Source: Candidatus Heimdallarchaeota archaeon
GTDB taxonomy: Archaea > Asgardarchaeota > Heimdallarchaeia > Heimdallarchaeales > Heimdallarchaeaceae
Direction: 5' to 3'
DNA: 64,000 nt
Assembly (NCBI GenBank): GCA_016840095.1
Contig: JAEOSZ010000111.1
Location: 32,001 to 96,000, forward strand
Shown here: positions 37,933 to 48,382 of the stretch, piece after piece
Layout of the letters: every line of letters starts with the position of its first letter
Position numbering within the stretch: position 1 is the first letter of the stretch
Notes under the pieces: model-generated
The model's database searches: none
Told to the model about the DNA's origin: nothing
What the model saw: the letters and a program-made list of their open reading frames with translations, nothing else
Made by a program: the position numbers and the translations under genes

Positions 37933-38589
37933 ATGTCAGATGATAATGTGTTCATTGTTCTTTATGATTTATCTGACAAAAAGTTAACTGAATCTTTATA
38001 CGATTATAGTGATATAATAATTAAACATTGGAAATTTCTTAAGGCATTAAAGAGCGAAAAAAAATTGCTATTCTCTGGTACAACTCTTGATTCATTCCTT
38101 GAATTTGCAATCATTAAAACTGATACAAGAGAAGAAGCACAAAGACTAGTAAGCAATGATCCTTTTGTCTATAATCGATTACTCCAAGTTTTTCTTTATG
38201 AATTTAGAACCTCTCTTCTAACAAAGGAAAATACTATAGAAGTATTGGAAGAGGAATTTTTAGATATTGAATCTATTTATGATGAAGATACAGAATTCTA
38301 TATGGGAACCATAACAGCTAGGCCTACTTTTATTAATGATATGACAGAAGAAGAAGAAAAAATAATGAGTGATCATTTTGAACATCTGAAAAAGAAATTT
38401 GATAATAAGCAACTATTACTCGCAGGACCAATTTTATCTGAAGGGCAATTTGGAGTATCAGTATTTACAGCTGAAAATCTGAATGAGGCAGATGAATTTG
38501 TGCAAAATGATCCAGCTGTTATTGAAGGAATTATGAAACCTGAGGTTCATCCTTTTCGAATTTTTCTAATTGAGAAAAATAAGGATTAA
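37933..38589 (+). CDS. Tandem YciI-like domain protein
   Basis: Two H..L.....LL.G...NDP repeats. Confidence 0.8.
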   Translation: MSDDNVFIVLYDLSDKKLTESLYDYSDIIIKHWKFLKALKSEKKLLFSGTTLDSFLEFAIIKTDTREEAQRLVSNDPFVYNRLLQVFLYEFRTSLLTKENTIEVLEEEFLDIESIYDEDTEFYMGTITARPTFINDMTEEEEKIMSDHFEHLKKKFDNKQLLLAGPILSEGQFGVSVFTAENLNEADEFVQNDPAVIEGIMKPEVHPFRIFLIEKNKD

Positions 38590-38996
38590 GAGAATTTTGC
38601 TTCTATCTCTTTTATTGCATCTTTCATTATTTGGTTAACTTCATCAGCAAGCTCATTTAGTTTATCCACTTTAACAACGCTCATAGCTTCCTTAGGATTT
38701 AATGCAGAAACAACAATCTTTCCATTTTCGTTTTCATAGATAATAACATTACATGGTAATAATGCACCTATTTCTGGAACTAGAACAATAGCTTTGTGTG
38801 CAAATGGAGGATTACATGCTCCAAGAATTTTGTATGGACGAATATCTGCATCAATTTTCTTCTTCAAAGTTTCTTTAGCATCTATTTCAGTTAGTATTCC
38901 AAATCCATGATCTGCTAGCACTTTGCGTGTGACCTTTTCAACCTCACTGAATTTATCATAACCAACATTGAGTTCTGTGGAAATAACAAGTGACAT
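38586..38996 (-). CDS. DUF302 family protein
   Basis: GFGILTEID, ILGACNP, IGALLPCNV; start likely 38996. Confidence 0.88.
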   Translation of the reverse strand: MSLVISTELNVGYDKFSEVEKVTRKVLADHGFGILTEIDAKETLKKKIDADIRPYKILGACNPPFAHKAIVLVPEIGALLPCNVIIYENENGKIVVSALNPKEAMSVVKVDKLNELADEVNQIMKDAIKEIEAKFS

Positions 38997-39043
38997 AAAT
39001 AATTGTATGTCACCCAACCAAATAAGTTTTTACATTAGAAAGA

Positions 39044-42000
39044 TTAGTTTCTTTTTTTCTTTCGCAATATAAAAACCATAAGTGAAATTGTCATTAAGGC
39101 TAGAAAGATTGTATATCCTGAAGTTTTCTCTGTTTTCTCAGTTACTGTAATGAGAACTTCATCAACCATATAATTGCCACTAGTGTCAAATACTATTAGT
39201 GTATAATTATACATGCCTTGAGACCAACCATCAATGTTGAATACTATATCCTCAGAATTAGTCCAAACTCCTGTCTTATTTGATGTTCCATTGATGTATA
39301 GTATGTAGTTATCTGGTTTCAGATCCAAAGCTACCCAGCTTAAGACATTCCCTAAACTTCCTTCTTCATAACTCCTATCAGATGGTCCTAAAAGTTCTGG
39401 AAGAGTTGTATCTACAACTACAACAAGGACTTCATCAGTAATCATATTGTTGTATAAATCATAGAATTCAATTTTGTAAATATACTCACCTAGTTCATGT
39501 CCATCCAAATCAACAGTTATTGGTACTCCATTACTCCAACTAGCAGCTTGGATATTCACATCATTGATATAAAGAATATAGTTATCTGGATTAATATCTT
39601 GAGCATTCCAATCTATTTCAAAACCGACATCTCCCAACTCAAAGAATACATCTTCTTGTTCAATCAATGAGGGAACATCAATATCAGGAAGAACAGTTAC
39701 ATTCACGAAATCAGATAATGTATTGCTGTAAATGTCGTAGAATACAATTTCATATGTATAATTACCCTCACTTAATCCATCAATATTTACTACAATTATC
39801 TGACCACTAGAATATGATCGACCAAATTGGTAAACATCATTAAGATATACTAAATATGCAGCTGGTTTTAGATCAGTACCAATCCAGGTGATGGTATTTC
39901 CTGTACTTCCTACAATATAACTAACGTCCTCTGGTTGTGTTACAACTGGAGCAGTTGTATCTTCAACAGTTACTATTACTTCGCTGGATGTAACATTGTT
40001 ATCGAAATTATCATGAATTTCAAGATAGTAGGAATAGGTTCCCACATCTAAACCATCAACACTTATTTCTATCAAGTCAATATTAGTCCAATTGCTCTCA
40101 TATAAGAAAGCACTATCTCTATAGACTCTATAAAATGAAGGACTTAAATCAGTTACATTGTAAAATAGAGAATTATTAATTGAACCCAATTCATAGGTGA
40201 AGCTAACTGAACTTCCTAAAATTGTAGGGTAGACATTATCTATTGTTATCTGTCCAACTACATCCGTGGCAGTTAAACTGACTTGATCAACAACTATTAT
40301 CTGAATTTCATATGTTGAGTATTCTGGTAAAGATGATGTGTCCCAAAGCAATGGATTATAGAAATCACTGTCAGAATCAGTTATGTTTTGCCAACTTATC
40401 CAATCTAGACCATCCCAATACCGATATTGCCAAAATGCATCTTGAATATCTGCAAAGTCTGTAGTCCACTCTAGAGAGACCGTTCCCTTCAGAATATCAT
40501 TATCATGTAAACTCGTAATGTTAACATTCGGAATTGTATTGTCAACTGTATATTGTTGAGTTACAGCAGAAGTAAATGTATTACCAAATAAATCTGTAAC
40601 TTTGACTTTGAAATTATAATTAGCACCATCAGTTAACGTTGTAGTGTCTAAATCGTAATAGTTGCTAGTAGTAGTTGCTAATGATGTAGAATCAACAAAC
40701 CACTCATAATTTGCTATGTCTGGATCATTGCCAGTTACGCCAAGTCTTGTGATTCCACTGATATATGTAACACTTTGGTTAATATATGTAGGACTCACAT
40801 TGGATAATGTTATTTCTGCACCATGATGCTCAGCTTCATAGTCCATTATTAGTACTTCACCATATCTAGTTAAAGGAGATGTTTTTCCTAATCCGTCATA
40901 TAACTGAAAATCAAGGAAAAGTCGTTGATCATGTTCTCCTGCAAGTTCTGTGAGATTGAAAAGATTGTGTATTGTTGTAGTAAATACTTTGTGTCCACCT
41001 ATAGTATAAATATATGATAAACTAGTCAAAGTAGTTTCATAAATAATTGTATCAGGGAATGGAAATGGGTTATCCAATACAATTCTGAAGTACATGCTTT
41101 GTATTTCGTCATCCCTTTCATATGCTCCTACATTATCGTATGCTGCTACTATCCAATCTGTTGTTTCATGAACATAGACATTATCTCCCACCATATACGA
41201 ACCACTGAAGTGTGATGCACCTTCATACAAAACAGGTCCTTTATTGTTAGTCTTAATCCAGATTGCTGTATTTGAATCGCCATTTCCAAGTCTATCCTCA
41301 GTATAATAACTCATTTGATAACCTGGATCTGCGTCAGGTAGATTGTTTACATTCCAATTAATAACCCCGTCTCCCGTTCCAATAGTTTGCCAGGTATTGA
41401 AGACATTTCTATACATCCAGATGTCTTCAGTTCTATCAACTCCACAACCATAAATATCAATTGGGTTTGCATAATCTTCAGATAATTCCAAAATACCTGA
41501 AGTGATATCATTTAACGAAGATGAACTAGATTTCACCAAATTATCATAGTTGACATCTGAAGATGTACTAATATAATCCCAACGGAAATACTCCCCATAA
41601 GATCTTATATTCTCAAAATAGGTATCCTTAACCTCAAAAGTAACTAATGAACTTCCCGAACTGCCTTTGTTAAACCAAGGACTAACACCATAATCATTAC
41701 TAGTAGGTGTCCAATCACTCCATGCATCTGAATCAAGTCTCCAACGGTATTCATGGGTTCCAGTTCCAGGGATACCTTCTATGGGAGTAAAATCAGCTCT
41801 GAATTTCACACTATTTTTTAAATATTCAGGACTTGTGACATGTGATCCACCATAATAATATATTATGTCATCAACAATTGGACCTTCCATTGTTGGCGGC
41901 TCTCTGTCGAATACTTGTAAGTAATAATCCTCAGCTAAAGCTGATGCAACAACAGTTAAATCAGCAGCTTGTGTTTTGAAACCAAACCATAATAACCGAT

Positions 42001-42982
42001 AATCAAGGTCACCTGTACTCCATGAATTCCCATCATCTGTCCAAGCTGAAAGATCTAAATCAATGTCTATTTTCATCCCAATACAATAGCTTCCAGCAAA
42101 AGTAGTTTCTTTATTGTGCATGTAAACATAATCATCATTAGGGTCCCCAAACCATCTGTAACCAGCTGCTCCAAAATTGATATAGTCGCCTACATCTAAA
42201 TCACTTACTTCAAACCTGAACAGATTTCCAGGTAATTCATGATAAATAATTCCATGAATCCTATAAGTTTCAGCTGTAAGTCTTACTATTGATTCCCCTG
42301 TGGCACCCCATTTATTTATGGATGGATCATAATATGCTTTTGTAACTTCGTGAAGTTGTACGTCTAGTTGTATTTCCGCATCAACTCCTAAGAAGATTTC
42401 ATATCCATGACCTTCAAAATGACCTGAGTTTCCTTCATACCCTAGTTCTGAAATAGAATCACTGCCAAAAATAGCAGAATAATAACCTCCTGCTTCTCCT
42501 TGTATTTCATCATTGATTCGAATCAAAGATGATGTTTGAGTTATATAACCTTCAATTGTCTCTATTTCAGCAGAAATAGCTTTCAAACCGGGCTCATCAA
42601 AATTGACTTCTAGTTCCCATCTCTCTGTTGCTTCATTCCATTTACTACTACCTAAATAAACTGGATTCTCAAAATCAGTTTTATCATAAAAATCTACTTT
42701 TTGTATTCTTCCTGATGTTTCAGATAAAAATAAGTTATCTACGAACAAAGTAATAGGTTCAGTGTAATAATGATCCGATGAAATTGAGTGTGATTTTAGC
42801 TCAATATCTGATGAATCTTTGTTGACAATATTAGTTGATGTTTCTTTCAATAATTCTGTTTCTGTTGAATGAAAATCTGTTGTATTGAAATTTGCTTGAT
42901 TTTCATTAAATCCTGTACTTGAAAACGAAATACTGCTTAGTAAAAATAGAAATAATATAGCAACACCTAAGCTTCTTCTCAT
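39044..42982 (-). CDS. Large secreted surface glycoprotein with Ig-like repeats and CTERM-type sorting signal
   Basis: Signal peptide from MRRSLG; repeated DTT.P...I.W...D..P...G.YNY Ig-like units; C-terminal TSGY, TM, RKKKRN. Confidence 0.82.
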   Translation of the reverse strand: MRRSLGVAILFLFLLSSISFSSTGFNENQANFNTTDFHSTETELLKETSTNIVNKDSSDIELKSHSISSDHYYTEPITLFVDNLFLSETSGRIQKVDFYDKTDFENPVYLGSSKWNEATERWELEVNFDEPGLKAISAEIETIEGYITQTSSLIRINDEIQGEAGGYYSAIFGSDSISELGYEGNSGHFEGHGYEIFLGVDAEIQLDVQLHEVTKAYYDPSINKWGATGESIVRLTAETYRIHGIIYHELPGNLFRFEVSDLDVGDYINFGAAGYRWFGDPNDDYVYMHNKETTFAGSYCIGMKIDIDLDLSAWTDDGNSWSTGDLDYRLLWFGFKTQAADLTVVASALAEDYYLQVFDREPPTMEGPIVDDIIYYYGGSHVTSPEYLKNSVKFRADFTPIEGIPGTGTHEYRWRLDSDAWSDWTPTSNDYGVSPWFNKGSSGSSLVTFEVKDTYFENIRSYGEYFRWDYISTSSDVNYDNLVKSSSSSLNDITSGILELSEDYANPIDIYGCGVDRTEDIWMYRNVFNTWQTIGTGDGVINWNVNNLPDADPGYQMSYYTEDRLGNGDSNTAIWIKTNNKGPVLYEGASHFSGSYMVGDNVYVHETTDWIVAAYDNVGAYERDDEIQSMYFRIVLDNPFPFPDTIIYETTLTSLSYIYTIGGHKVFTTTIHNLFNLTELAGEHDQRLFLDFQLYDGLGKTSPLTRYGEVLIMDYEAEHHGAEITLSNVSPTYINQSVTYISGITRLGVTGNDPDIANYEWFVDSTSLATTTSNYYDLDTTTLTDGANYNFKVKVTDLFGNTFTSAVTQQYTVDNTIPNVNITSLHDNDILKGTVSLEWTTDFADIQDAFWQYRYWDGLDWISWQNITDSDSDFYNPLLWDTSSLPEYSTYEIQIIVVDQVSLTATDVVGQITIDNVYPTILGSSVSFTYELGSINNSLFYNVTDLSPSFYRVYRDSAFLYESNWTNIDLIEISVDGLDVGTYSYYLEIHDNFDNNVTSSEVIVTVEDTTAPVVTQPEDVSYIVGSTGNTITWIGTDLKPAAYLVYLNDVYQFGRSYSSGQIIVVNIDGLSEGNYTYEIVFYDIYSNTLSDFVNVTVLPDIDVPSLIEQEDVFFELGDVGFEIDWNAQDINPDNYILYINDVNIQAASWSNGVPITVDLDGHELGEYIYKIEFYDLYNNMITDEVLVVVVDTTLPELLGPSDRSYEEGSLGNVLSWVALDLKPDNYILYINGTSNKTGVWTNSEDIVFNIDGWSQGMYNYTLIVFDTSGNYMVDEVLITVTEKTEKTSGYTIFLALMTISLMVFILRKKKRN

Positions 42983-43138
42983 ATTAACTCCAAAACACTT
43001 AGGAAATATAAATTTACTTCCGTTTTTGTTCAAAATTCTCCCCTCTGAGCAAAACAAACTGGAGAATTATGGTAATATCGACTATTTAAACGTTCATAAT
43101 TAAAAAATAGGGGATTTTGGAGTAAAATAAGAGTAAAA

Positions 43139-44140
43139 CTATCTCATTTTATCCTTATAGTAATAATTTGGCTTGTACGTCAGAGGCCATTCTGGTTCAT
43201 TATCCAAGATTTCTTCTATTTGAGTCAAGACATCTTTGGATAATTCAACATCAGAAGCCTTTACGTTTTCTATAACGTGTTCTGGTTTGGTTGCTCCAAT
43301 AATTGCAGAAGAAATTTCTGATCTTCTCAGTATCCACGCAAGTGCTAGTTGCCCCAGTGTTATGTCTAATGAAGAAGCTACTTCTCCAAGTTTTTTGACC
43401 TTTTCAATAGTTTCCTCTGTAAGATTTTTCTTTAGAAATTCTGACTTGTCTGCTCTACTTCCCTCAGGAATGCCTTCATTATATTTTCCGGTTAACAATC
43501 CTTGAGCTAGAGGGGACCAAACAGTGAATCCCATACCATGAGTTTTTGCTACTGGTATAATTTCCAATTCTATATATCTGACAAGCATATTATACAAAGG
43601 TTGTTCTACTATTGGTTTATGAGCTCTAATATCCTTGGCAATAGCATTTGCTCTTTCTAGTTGAGCAGCTGTCCAAACAGATGTACCCCAATATCTAACT
43701 TTACCATCTCTTATCAAATCATCTAGAATTTCTACAGTTTCTCGTAATGGTGTCATGTAATCATATCTGTGCATGAAGTAGATGTCAATATAATCCATGT
43801 TCAATCGATCAAGTGTACCTTCAATCGCATTCAACATATTTTTACGACTTAGTCCCCATCTATTAACATCATAATCATTCATTGCCCAGAAGAGTTTACT
43901 CGATATAACCAAATCTCTTCTATTGAAAGTTTCATCAGAAAGGAAATCTGCAATGACTTTCTCTGCTCCTCCTCTGGCATAAATTTCTGCTGAATCGATA
44001 AAATTGATTCCATTTTCAATAGCTGCTGTCATACATTTTTTAGCCATTTCATCTTCAACAGATCCACCATAGGTTAACCAAGAACCTAGAGAAATCTCAC
44101 TAACTTTCAAGCCCGATTTTCCAACTTTTCTATATTTCAT
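43139..44140 (-). CDS. Aldo/keto reductase (Kv-beta-like)
   Basis: SGLKVSEISLGSW, DSAEIY, WSPLAQGLLTGKY. Confidence 0.93.
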   Translation of the reverse strand: MKYRKVGKSGLKVSEISLGSWLTYGGSVEDEMAKKCMTAAIENGINFIDSAEIYARGGAEKVIADFLSDETFNRRDLVISSKLFWAMNDYDVNRWGLSRKNMLNAIEGTLDRLNMDYIDIYFMHRYDYMTPLRETVEILDDLIRDGKVRYWGTSVWTAAQLERANAIAKDIRAHKPIVEQPLYNMLVRYIELEIIPVAKTHGMGFTVWSPLAQGLLTGKYNEGIPEGSRADKSEFLKKNLTEETIEKVKKLGEVASSLDITLGQLALAWILRRSEISSAIIGATKPEHVIENVKASDVELSKDVLTQIEEILDNEPEWPLTYKPNYYYKDKMR

Positions 44141-44246
44141 AAAATCACTTTTAGAGTCTAATACAGAATCAACTAAATTTGTCTGAAATAAAAAGTATGT
44201 GGATTACCAAAAACCATTGTTAACTTAGTCATGAAATTGAATAAAA

Positions 44247-46046
44247 TCAAATGAACACTATTTCTCTGAAGAAATTTAATTCCTCTAAAGACATTCGATT
44301 AGGATATTTGAATTTCTTAATATATGTTCGAAATCTTGAATTCATAACATCATTCTTTATCAAATGTTGTGTTTTGTTCTCAGGAAAAACTACAGATACA
44401 ACATAATACTGCCTTCCCTCAAATCGAGGATCCGCTATGTTGTCATCTTTACCCCAGAATGAGAAAACTATCATACTATGATCTTTAATTGAAGGGGCAG
44501 GGAGTGGACCATATACACCTGTTTCATATCTTTGTCCTTGACCAACTGTAACATAACAAAATCCAATAAACTCATCCATGTTTATATCAAATGAATCTAA
44601 CTCTGCTCTAATTATCTCTCCCCCAGCCATTCCAAATCGAAATAATCCGACACCAACATTTTTGCCATAAGCTATTTTTCTTTTCAAATCGATATAGTCT
44701 GACGTTTCTTTTGTGTATCGAATGAATTTAGTTCTTCTTTTCTTAGTAGGATAAATGATAATGAAAAGTATAATTCCCAAAAAGATTACAGGATATACTA
44801 TAATGGAGAAGTAAAAGAACCAACTTCTATTTTCTGGTAAATTCTGAGGAATTTCAACTGCTTCATTCAGAGGATATAGATCAAATTCTTCCATGGAACC
44901 ATCTATAGTATAATCTCCTACTCCCAACCATTCATTCCAAAAATTCCCCTCCTTTGAATTTTGGTCAAACCAATAGTTTTCGCTGCCATCTATGGAGAAT
45001 GCTTGACTTATCCCTCCAAGATTATTTTCTATGAAGTTGTTGTGGTGAATAAGATTATTTGAAGAATAATTTAGAACTATTCCATATCTATAATTGAGTG
45101 TTAGGAAATTGTATGAAATTTCATTCTCATTAGAATTAAATAAATAAATTCCGTCATCGCTACTATCTAGAATAGTGTTATTGAATATGGTAAAATCATG
45201 TGTATCATCTAAATAGAATCCTATAGAATTATTAAATGATAGATTTTCTTTAAGTTGAATGTTATCAGAATCTTTGAAATAAAATGCTGGTCCAAGATTA
45301 TTGGCAATGGTATTTTGAATAATAGAAGTTAATGATATTTCCCATAGATATAACCCATTTTCTATATTTTTGAAGCACAGATTCTTTTCTATTAGTGAAT
45401 TCCTACTAAAGAAAACCTCAATCCCTATTTTGTTTGTTTCACAAAAGTTATTAGAAATTATTACTTCATCACAAAATCTACTTGTAGCACCATTGCCAGA
45501 ATTCATCGAAAGAATGTTATTGGTTATTTGACTTTCATCTGAGTCTATACAATTTATCCCATCTGACCCACTTGCTGTTATTGTGTTGTTATCTATTACA
45601 GTTCCTGGTGCTCCCCAAATGTCAATTCCATAAATATCGTGTTCTATTATTGTATTATTGCTGATTTCTGCAGTTCCAAATGCAATCCAAGAAATCCAGA
45701 TTCCAATTTGTGTAACATTGATAAAACAATTTTTGATAACAAAAAAATTTGTTGTATCACTGATATTTATACCACATGTTTGAGTGTTTGAAGAGATATT
45801 GAGGTTTTCAAGTCTATATGGATCTTGTTCGGTTCCACTTCCCGGAAAAATTGAGAAACCACTGTCATTGTATATGTGAACTGGGTTACTTTGAATTAAG
45901 TAGGAATTAGGATGAATTTGCTCAGTAAAACCATTCACTACAAGAATAGACTTGTCATGAAAATTCACCATTGGAGAGATAGTATAGCCTACTACAAGCA
46001 ATAAGGTTAGGAGACAAGAGTATCTAAAGATTTTTTCCAATGACAT
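44247..46046 (-). CDS. Single-pass membrane protein: NosD/PbH1 beta-helix ectodomain plus cytoplasmic longin-like domain
   Basis: GSGT.QDPY, repeated GI.L..S....I.NN, GNFW, DLYPL; TM then KKRR; C-domain GVYGPLP...DPRF. Confidence 0.8.
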   Translation of the reverse strand: MSLEKIFRYSCLLTLLLVVGYTISPMVNFHDKSILVVNGFTEQIHPNSYLIQSNPVHIYNDSGFSIFPGSGTEQDPYRLENLNISSNTQTCGINISDTTNFFVIKNCFINVTQIGIWISWIAFGTAEISNNTIIEHDIYGIDIWGAPGTVIDNNTITASGSDGINCIDSDESQITNNILSMNSGNGATSRFCDEVIISNNFCETNKIGIEVFFSRNSLIEKNLCFKNIENGLYLWEISLTSIIQNTIANNLGPAFYFKDSDNIQLKENLSFNNSIGFYLDDTHDFTIFNNTILDSSDDGIYLFNSNENEISYNFLTLNYRYGIVLNYSSNNLIHHNNFIENNLGGISQAFSIDGSENYWFDQNSKEGNFWNEWLGVGDYTIDGSMEEFDLYPLNEAVEIPQNLPENRSWFFYFSIIVYPVIFLGIILFIIIYPTKKRRTKFIRYTKETSDYIDLKRKIAYGKNVGVGLFRFGMAGGEIIRAELDSFDINMDEFIGFCYVTVGQGQRYETGVYGPLPAPSIKDHSMIVFSFWGKDDNIADPRFEGRQYYVVSVVFPENKTQHLIKNDVMNSRFRTYIKKFKYPNRMSLEELNFFREIVFI

Positions 46047-46178
46047 TTTTTCTAATAAATATAGTGTAAAAGAAATTTCTTAAATGCTGCTATATTACTT
46101 TCTTACATATAATTTTGATTTGATGATACACAAAAAAATTCATAAGATGCCCATTCAAAATATCCAACGGGTATATAA

Positions 46179-47351
46179 ATGGCATCTGAAATTGAAATCA
46201 TTGCATATTTTGAGACTCCAAGAGATCCATTGCCTTTAAGCTACATAGCTAAAGGATTAGCAGGAGTTGAAACAATTATTGCTGCTATCAATCCAAGGGC
46301 AACTGAGGAAGTTATTCGAGGGATATTAAGATCAGCAAAGAAATCCAAGTCTGTAGTGATATTTGAATTAGCCTTAAGTGAAATGTCACTAAGTGGAGGA
46401 TATACAGGATATACTCCCCAAAAATTCGCAGACCGATGTAAATCGGCAGCAGAAAAAGAAAAATGGTTTGCCTATTCTTTACATGCTGATCACCTTACAT
46501 TGAAGAAAGGTACAGATGAAGAAATGGCATTTTTAATGATGGAAACTAAAGCCAGAATTGAAGCAGGTTTTACAGGTTTTGCAATTGATACTTCTTTCCT
46601 CTTTAACAAAGAGGAAGTAACTGTAGCTGGACAATTGAGTGAAATTTTATCGAAGGGGCTCATTTTATTCCAATTTATCAAAGAGTTAATGGGAGAAAAA
46701 CCTTATGGGCTTGAAGGCGAAGTTGGGGAAATAGGTATAGCTGATTTTACTTCTGTTGAAGAGGCAGTTCATTATGTTACAACTCTGATAAGAAGTGATA
46801 TTTTCATTGATTATCTAGCAATAGCAAATGGGTCAACTCATGGAGTTAGTGTTGATGCTGAAGGAAAAGTCGTTCCACAACTGGGAATCAATGTTCAAAG
46901 AACAGTGGAGATTACTGAAGAATTTAAGAAATTGGGAATTGATACAAGAATTGCTCAACATGGAATTACTGGTACTCCTGTTGAAGTCATAGCTTCAACT
47001 TTCCCTCATGGTAGCATAGCAAAAGGAAATATAGGCACATTCTGGCAAAGACTTGTTCAAGATGTACTTGCCAAATATGAACCTGAGCTTTATGGCAGAA
47101 TAAAAAGTTGGGTTCTTGAAAAATATGGAAAACCGGATGTTGATGAACATAAAACCTTTGCAAAAAACTCTAAATATGCTTGGAAAGAATTCTTCAATGA
47201 AGTTGAGAATATTAGTGAAGAAGCTAAACAAGCTATAATCACACAAGCTGAAGCTGATATGGATGAATTCATAAAAGCTTTAAAGATGGAAAATACAGCC
47301 AGTTATTGCATAAAATATATGGTTGATAACTTCCTCACAAATACATACTAA
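46179..47351 (+). CDS. Class II fructose-bisphosphate aldolase family
   Basis: HADH, IDTS, EGEVGEIG, LAIANGSTHG, AQHGITG, KGNIGT. Confidence 0.88.
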   Translation: MASEIEIIAYFETPRDPLPLSYIAKGLAGVETIIAAINPRATEEVIRGILRSAKKSKSVVIFELALSEMSLSGGYTGYTPQKFADRCKSAAEKEKWFAYSLHADHLTLKKGTDEEMAFLMMETKARIEAGFTGFAIDTSFLFNKEEVTVAGQLSEILSKGLILFQFIKELMGEKPYGLEGEVGEIGIADFTSVEEAVHYVTTLIRSDIFIDYLAIANGSTHGVSVDAEGKVVPQLGINVQRTVEITEEFKKLGIDTRIAQHGITGTPVEVIASTFPHGSIAKGNIGTFWQRLVQDVLAKYEPELYGRIKSWVLEKYGKPDVDEHKTFAKNSKYAWKEFFNEVENISEEAKQAIITQAEADMDEFIKALKMENTASYCIKYMVDNFLTNTY

Positions 47352-47361
47352 GGTCAGAAAA

Positions 47362-48279
47362 ATGTCTATATTGAAATATCACACACTTGAAGCGTACTTA
47401 GAAGATATACCAGAAGATGATCTCAGAGAACTAGTAAGAGAAATAATTGATATTAGTCTAGATGTACCAAAACAGATACTAACTTTTCTAATAGGAGAAA
47501 ATGATTATTCAGGGATTATCAACATCTCTGGTGATGAACAATTAAGTCTAGATATCGCAACACAGGAATTATTCATGCAAAGAATTCCAAACAATCTCTA
47601 TTCTCTATTGCTGGGTGAAGAGACAGATGAAAATAGCATAATGGAAGGAACAGGAAACTTAATCGTTTTAGGTGATTTCATTGATGGTTCTTCCATTATT
47701 AGAACAAGGAGTCCTGGAGCAATAGTCAATATTATTGATCAAGAAGGTCATACTCATGCAGCTTTAACAGTAAGCTTCACTTTGTTCTTGCGTTTTGATC
47801 TGGCCACAGAGTTGGGTTTCATTCAATTTATTTATGATGGAGAGAAGTTTCGAGTAATTAGAGATGAACTAGATATCAGTCCAAGTAAAAGCCCTGTTTT
47901 TGGATTGGGTGGAAAATATAATGATCATTCTGCAAAACAAAAGCTATTCGTGGATGCTCTGGATATAAAAGGAAAGAACAGATATGGAGGATGTATGGTC
48001 CAAGACATGAATAATGTTTTTGAAAAAACTGGTGTCTTCGGATATTTTGCTCCAAAACTTAGATTCTGCTATGAGATTATACCTTATCTTTATATCTTAT
48101 CCAAAGTCAATGGAGATGGATTTTATATTACTGCAGATGGACATGAAATCAAATTCGAACGAATAAAACCATTAGATGTAAACAAACTTACCTCTATGCA
48201 CTATCTGCATCAAAGAGCTGGTTTTGTTGGTGGATCTAAGGATTTAATAGAACTTTGGTTCAAAATAGAAGATCTCTAA
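47362..48279 (+). CDS. Divergent class I fructose/sedoheptulose bisphosphatase (FIG superfamily)
   Basis: N.SGDEQL.LD, GEE, DFIDGSS, RYGGCMVQD, KLRFCYE; start likely 47362. Confidence 0.72.
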   Translation: MSILKYHTLEAYLEDIPEDDLRELVREIIDISLDVPKQILTFLIGENDYSGIINISGDEQLSLDIATQELFMQRIPNNLYSLLLGEETDENSIMEGTGNLIVLGDFIDGSSIIRTRSPGAIVNIIDQEGHTHAALTVSFTLFLRFDLATELGFIQFIYDGEKFRVIRDELDISPSKSPVFGLGGKYNDHSAKQKLFVDALDIKGKNRYGGCMVQDMNNVFEKTGVFGYFAPKLRFCYEIIPYLYILSKVNGDGFYITADGHEIKFERIKPLDVNKLTSMHYLHQRAGFVGGSKDLIELWFKIEDL

Positions 48280-48382
48280 AACCCATATTTTCTTTTTATT
48301 TTATTATTTTTTCAAGGTTCTTGAGTAAAACTTTTAATTAGGAAAATATAATATGTATTAACGACCCGTATTATTTACTTAA

